From Oscillospiraceae bacterium (lineage in GTDB: Bacteria; Bacillota; Clostridia; Oscillospirales; WRJC01), in contig WRMA01000002.1 of assembly GCA_009777355.1 (NCBI GenBank), positions 1 to 55,928 of the forward strand: a stretch of DNA of 55,928 bases. Direction: 5' to 3'. The translations under genes and the position numbers were made by a program. The notes beneath the pieces are model-generated. The model was not told the origin of the DNA, ran no database searches, and saw only the letters and a list, made by a program, of their open reading frames with translations. Positions 53,089 to 55,928 of this stretch are shown piece by piece (within the stretch, counting starts at the first letter, position 1; every line of letters starts with the position of its first letter).

Positions 53089-53117
53089 ATTTTATATCAT
53101 TTAATCAATACTGTCAA
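53089..53117 (-). promoter_or_regulatory. Sigma-A-type promoter for purC
   Basis: On the minus strand: TTGACA (53117-53112), 17-nt spacer, TAAAAT (53094-53089). The -10 lies in the second copy of a perfect 15-bp tandem duplication (53068-53097). Confidence 0.55.
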
Positions 53118-53206
53118 TATATACACCTATAGTATAATTTTATAGCCGTTCTAAAATATATTTATGCCGAATATAAAATAATATTGTAAAAATTTCAGGA
53201 AACCCC

Positions 53207-53262
53207 TTGACAAATCTGTTAGTCTGCGCTAACATATATTTATCAGTTAGTCAAGACTAACA
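53207..53262 (+). promoter_or_regulatory. feoAB promoter with two overlapping or adjacent palindromic operators
   Basis: TTGACA (53207-53212), 17-nt spacer, TAACAT (53230-53235). TGTTAGtctgcgCTAACA (53217-53234) spans the spacer and -10. GTTAGTCaaGACTAAC (53246-53261) lies just downstream. Confidence 0.6.
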
Positions 53263-53299
53263 AAATATAATATTTTTTTTATTTAAGAAAGGTTTTTTC

Positions 53300-53566
53300 G
53301 TGAACGTAAAATCCATATCAAGACATAAGCTTATTAAACTTACCGACGGGGTAAAAAATAAAATTTATACGGTGAAAAAAATAAACCTGCCGGTTAAAAT
53401 ATTGAAACATCTCGAGGCTCTGGGTATGACTCCGGGAGCGGAGATTATCGTTTTAAATAAAAAAAGTTCGGCGTTAATCGCGGGATTCAGGGGAACCCGT
53501 TTCGCGCTGGGCAGGCAAATCGCGGAAAATATAGAAATAACAGAGATAATAAAAGGGGGAGTTTAA
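53300..53566 (+). CDS. feoA: FeoA-family protein
   Basis: It is 88 aa. LKHLEALGMTPGAEIIVLNK resembles the FeoA SH3-like domain. It has a GTG start with an AAGAAAGG RBS and lies directly upstream of feoB. Confidence 0.8.
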   Translation: MNVKSISRHKLIKLTDGVKNKIYTVKKINLPVKILKHLEALGMTPGAEIIVLNKKSSALIAGFRGTRFALGRQIAENIEITEIIKGGV

Positions 53567-53569
53567 GAG

Positions 53570-55453
53570 ATGACAATCGGTTTTATAGGCAACCCCAACA
53601 GCGGCAAGACGACTCTGTTCAACGCATACACCGGCGCTAATCTAAAAGTCGCCAACTGGCCCGGAGTCACGGTCGAAAAAAAAGAAGGCGCGCTTAAATA
53701 TCACGGCCGGATATTTAAACTCGTCGATTTACCGGGAGCGTATAGCCTAAGCTCCTACACTCTTGAAGAGACGGTCGCCGAAAATTATATTTTAAGCGGT
53801 GAGGTTGACGTTTTAATAAACGTCGTGGACGCTTCTTCTCTCGAGAGGAATTTATATCTTACTCTGCAGCTTCTCGAACTCGGCAAGCCTCTCGTGATTG
53901 CGCTTAACATGATGGACATAGTCGAAAAAAGAGGAATGGAAATAGATTTGCACAGACTGCACGATATTCTGGGCGTACCCGTCGTGCCCGTTTCGGCGCT
54001 GAAACGCAGGGGGCTCGACAGTTTAATCCACGCCGCCGCGCATCATAGAGACGAAACCGGCGCGAAAAATAATAAAAATAATAATAATTTTGAGTTTGCG
54101 CGTAAAATAAAACCGGAAGCAAAAACAGAATTTTCAGAATTTTCAGAGTTTGAAGAAAAATACTCCGTTATAGAAGCGATAGTCGGAGAAGTTCTGGTTA
54201 ATCGCGAGAAGGCGAATTTAATAACAAACAAAGCGGACGCAATCCTGACGAATAAATTTTCGGGACTTCCCGCGTTTCTGCTGATTATGGCTCTGGTTTT
54301 CTTCCTGACTTTTCTTATAGGCGACAAAATCAAAGACTATATCGAGATTATATTTGAGAATTTTTCGGAGTTTGCGGACGAAGCTCTCGTTAATCTCGGG
54401 ATAAACGAAATAGTCCATTCGCTTATTACCGACGGAATTATCGCGGGAGTCGGAGCGGTTTTAAGCTTTCTGCCGAATATATTTATATTGTTTATAATGC
54501 TCGCGGTTCTTGAGGACAGCGGATATATGTCGAGGGTCGCGTATGTCATGAACGGCATAATGACAAAAATCGGACTTTCGGGCAAAGCGTTCGTTCCGAT
54601 GCTTCTCGGGTTCGGCTGCTCCGTTCCCGCGGTTATGGCTACCCGTTCCCTCGGGAGTTCAAAAGACAGATTAAGAACGATAATCGTTATACCGTTTATG
54701 TCGTGCAGCGCGAAACTGCCGATTTATATTTTGTTTTCGGGAATGTTTTTCCCCGGTTATTCTGCTCTCGCCGCGTATTCTATGTATTTAATAGGATTTA
54801 TTCTGGGGATTTTTTCGGCGTTTATATTTAATAAAATAGACAACAGATATAGTATACGAAAACATAACGAAGAAAATAACTCGCTTATAATAGAACTTCC
54901 CGGATATAAAACGCCGGGATTCAGAACGGTTTTTATTTACGTATGGGAAAAAATCAAAGATTATATTTTAAGGGCGGGAACGGTTATATTTGCCGCGTCC
55001 GTTATAATCTGGGGAGTTATGCATCTGGGATTTTCGGGGTATACTAATAATATAGCGGAGAGTTTCGGCGCGGTTCTGGGAGAGAAACTCGCAGTTATTT
55101 TATCTCCCGCGGGTCTGGGATTCTGGCAGGCCGGGGTCGCTCTGATTGCGGGCTTCGCGGCAAAAGAAATCGTCGCGGCGAGTTTTGCGATTTTGTTCGG
55201 AGTCGCGAACGTTACGTCTGATTCGGGGATGAGTATGCTGTCGGCCGAATTGAGCGCTATAGGGTTCGGCTCTCTGAACGCTTACTGTCTGATGCTTTTC
55301 TCGCTTTTGTATCCCCCGTGCGCGGCCGCTCTCGCGGTAATCAGGAGAGAATCGGGGAGCTGGGGAAAACTCGGGGCGGTTATTATTTTCCAGGTCGGAG
55401 TCGCATGGGTCGTCTCGTTTGCTGTCTATCAGATATTTTCGCTGTTTTTATAG
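53570..55453 (+). CDS. feoB: Ferrous iron transporter FeoB
   Basis: The G-domain has GNPNSGKTTLFN, WPGVTVEKKEG, DLPGAYSL and ALNMMD. A polytopic membrane domain follows. Confidence 0.95.
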   Translation: MTIGFIGNPNSGKTTLFNAYTGANLKVANWPGVTVEKKEGALKYHGRIFKLVDLPGAYSLSSYTLEETVAENYILSGEVDVLINVVDASSLERNLYLTLQLLELGKPLVIALNMMDIVEKRGMEIDLHRLHDILGVPVVPVSALKRRGLDSLIHAAAHHRDETGAKNNKNNNNFEFARKIKPEAKTEFSEFSEFEEKYSVIEAIVGEVLVNREKANLITNKADAILTNKFSGLPAFLLIMALVFFLTFLIGDKIKDYIEIIFENFSEFADEALVNLGINEIVHSLITDGIIAGVGAVLSFLPNIFILFIMLAVLEDSGYMSRVAYVMNGIMTKIGLSGKAFVPMLLGFGCSVPAVMATRSLGSSKDRLRTIIVIPFMSCSAKLPIYILFSGMFFPGYSALAAYSMYLIGFILGIFSAFIFNKIDNRYSIRKHNEENNSLIIELPGYKTPGFRTVFIYVWEKIKDYILRAGTVIFAASVIIWGVMHLGFSGYTNNIAESFGAVLGEKLAVILSPAGLGFWQAGVALIAGFAAKEIVAASFAILFGVANVTSDSGMSMLSAELSAIGFGSLNAYCLMLFSLLYPPCAAALAVIRRESGSWGKLGAVIIFQVGVAWVVSFAVYQIFSLFL

Positions 55454-55474
55454 AGTGGGGAGGGTAAAAAGTCC

Positions 55475-55630
55475 ATGAATTTTATTTTAAGCGTTATTAT
55501 TTTCGCGGCGATATTATTTTATACTGTTTTTATTATATTTATTTTCGTAAAACGGGCGAAAAAAGGCGTCGGCTGCTGTAATAAATGCGGCAAAACGGGG
55601 AAATGTATCAGTAAAAATAATAAATTTTAA
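55475..55630 (+). CDS. FeoB-associated Cys-rich membrane protein (51 aa, absent from ORF track)
   Basis: GGGGAGGG lies about 10 nt upstream. The translation is MNFILSVIIFAAILFYTVFIIFIFVKRAKKGVGCCNKCGKTGKCISKNNKF. One TM segment, a basic patch and a CCxxCG Cys cluster fit the FeoB-associated family pattern. Confidence 0.65.
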   Translation: MNFILSVIIFAAILFYTVFIIFIFVKRAKKGVGCCNKCGKTGKCISKNNKF

Positions 55631-55648
55631 AAAAATATAAAAATTATA

Positions 55649-55677
55649 TTGACAAACGGTTTTGTTTGTGATATAAT
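55649..55677 (+). promoter_or_regulatory. Consensus sigma-A promoter for tRNA-Thr
   Basis: TTGACA (55649-55654), 17-nt spacer, TATAAT (55672-55677). Confidence 0.7.
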
Positions 55678-55698
55678 AATTTCCGCGTCGCGAAAAAC

Positions 55699-55774
55699 GC
55701 TTGTGTAGCTCAGTTGGTAGAGCAGCTGATTTGTAATCAGCAGGTCGGGGGTTCGAATCCGTCCACAAGCTCCA
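55699..55774 (+). tRNA. tRNA-Thr (anticodon UGU), CCA encoded
   Basis: The acceptor stem is GCTTGTG/CACAAGC and the D arm is GCTCagttggtaGAGC. The anticodon stem GCTGA/TCAGC has loop TT-TGT-AA. The T loop is TTCGAAT. In my hand fold the T stem has one G-G mismatch. Confidence 0.8.
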
Positions 55775-55801
55775 TGAAATAGTATAGAAACGCAAGAAAC
55801 A

Positions 55802-55839
55802 CAGCCGATTTTTAAAATTGTCGGCTGCGTTGTTTTTTT
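55802..55839 (+). terminator. Intrinsic terminator after tRNA-Thr
   Basis: CAGCCGAtttttaaaattgTCGGCTG is followed by cgttgTTTTTTT. Confidence 0.75.
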
Positions 55840-55928
55840 GTCGCAGTCTGTTTTCTTTTCAGGTCCAGTATTTTCTGTCAAGCGACCTGAACTGTATGGC
55901 TTCGGCTATATGGTTCTTTTTTATGACC

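Noticed and set aside
53042-53200. A purine riboswitch or PurR PurBox pair upstream of purC.
   Set aside because: The leader is only about 45 nt and almost pure A/T. ATGCCGAATAT and AGCCGTTCTAAA look vaguely PurBox-like, but they do not form the inverted CGAAC/GTTCG arrangement.
55514-55881. Minus-strand ORFs 55514-55795 and 55627-55881.
   Set aside because: They run antisense through tRNA-Thr, its promoter and the small feo-associated gene. They are artefacts.
55775-55928. An integrated element starting at the tRNA-Thr 3' end.
   Set aside because: Only about 150 bp remain after the tRNA. There is a normal terminator, and no integrase or repeat of the tRNA 3' end is visible before the window ends. 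It cannot be assessed here.

Overview
The window is a 55.9-kb chromosomal segment that looks Firmicutes/Clostridia-like: SLH surface proteins, TepA, several sigma-70-family factors, GGAGG-type ribosome-binding sites, and strong TTGACA-17-TATAAT promoters. I call about 52 CDS (mostly housekeeping, transport and signalling), 2 tRNAs (Ser-CGA, Thr-UGU), and several terminators and promoters. I see no CRISPR array, rRNA, transposase, integrase or recognisable phage-defence operon.

Composition falls into three classes, judged by eye from sampled lines rather than computed:
- 1-20360 is GC-rich, roughly 60-65%. It holds an SLH protein, an SNF transporter, an AraC regulator, oppABCDF, an Hpt/REC/HD-GYP module, htpG and a MATE transporter.
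- 20376-21179 is about 35% GC. It is bounded by a perfect 19-bp inverted repeat and carries one P-loop kinase-like gene whose Walker A motif lies upstream of any canonical start codon.
- 21200-55928 has coding regions near 45-50% GC and very AT-rich spacers. It holds an ECF sigma pair, bioY, an M23 peptidase, a LysR regulator, mnmE, a P-type ATPase homologue with degenerate motifs, dtd, vsr, GH10/GH43 genes, a GGDEF protein, GTP-dependent PEPCK, tepA, purC and feoAB.

Housekeeping genes sit on both sides of the break, so misassembly or chimerism must be excluded.

The most unusual content is non-coding:
- There are 21 GTAGGG-anchored GC-hairpin modules with REP/REPIN grammar, mostly in inverted pairs.
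- There is a superfamily of 110-220-bp palindromic elements with shared TAGACYTCTT termini, built from a small set of reshuffled blocks.
- These elements are nested in one another, donate TAG stop codons to three genes, rewrite one C-terminus, abut promoters, and generate several spurious ORFs in the supplied track.

Other points worth a second look:
- an SD-occluding 12-bp stem upstream of the M23 peptidase gene
- twin palindromic operators at the feoAB promoter
- an unannotated FeoB-associated Cys-rich mini-protein
- an orphan vsr beside tRNA-Ser
- a phosphorelay module with no kinase

All functional calls rest on motif recognition by eye. No database search was run.
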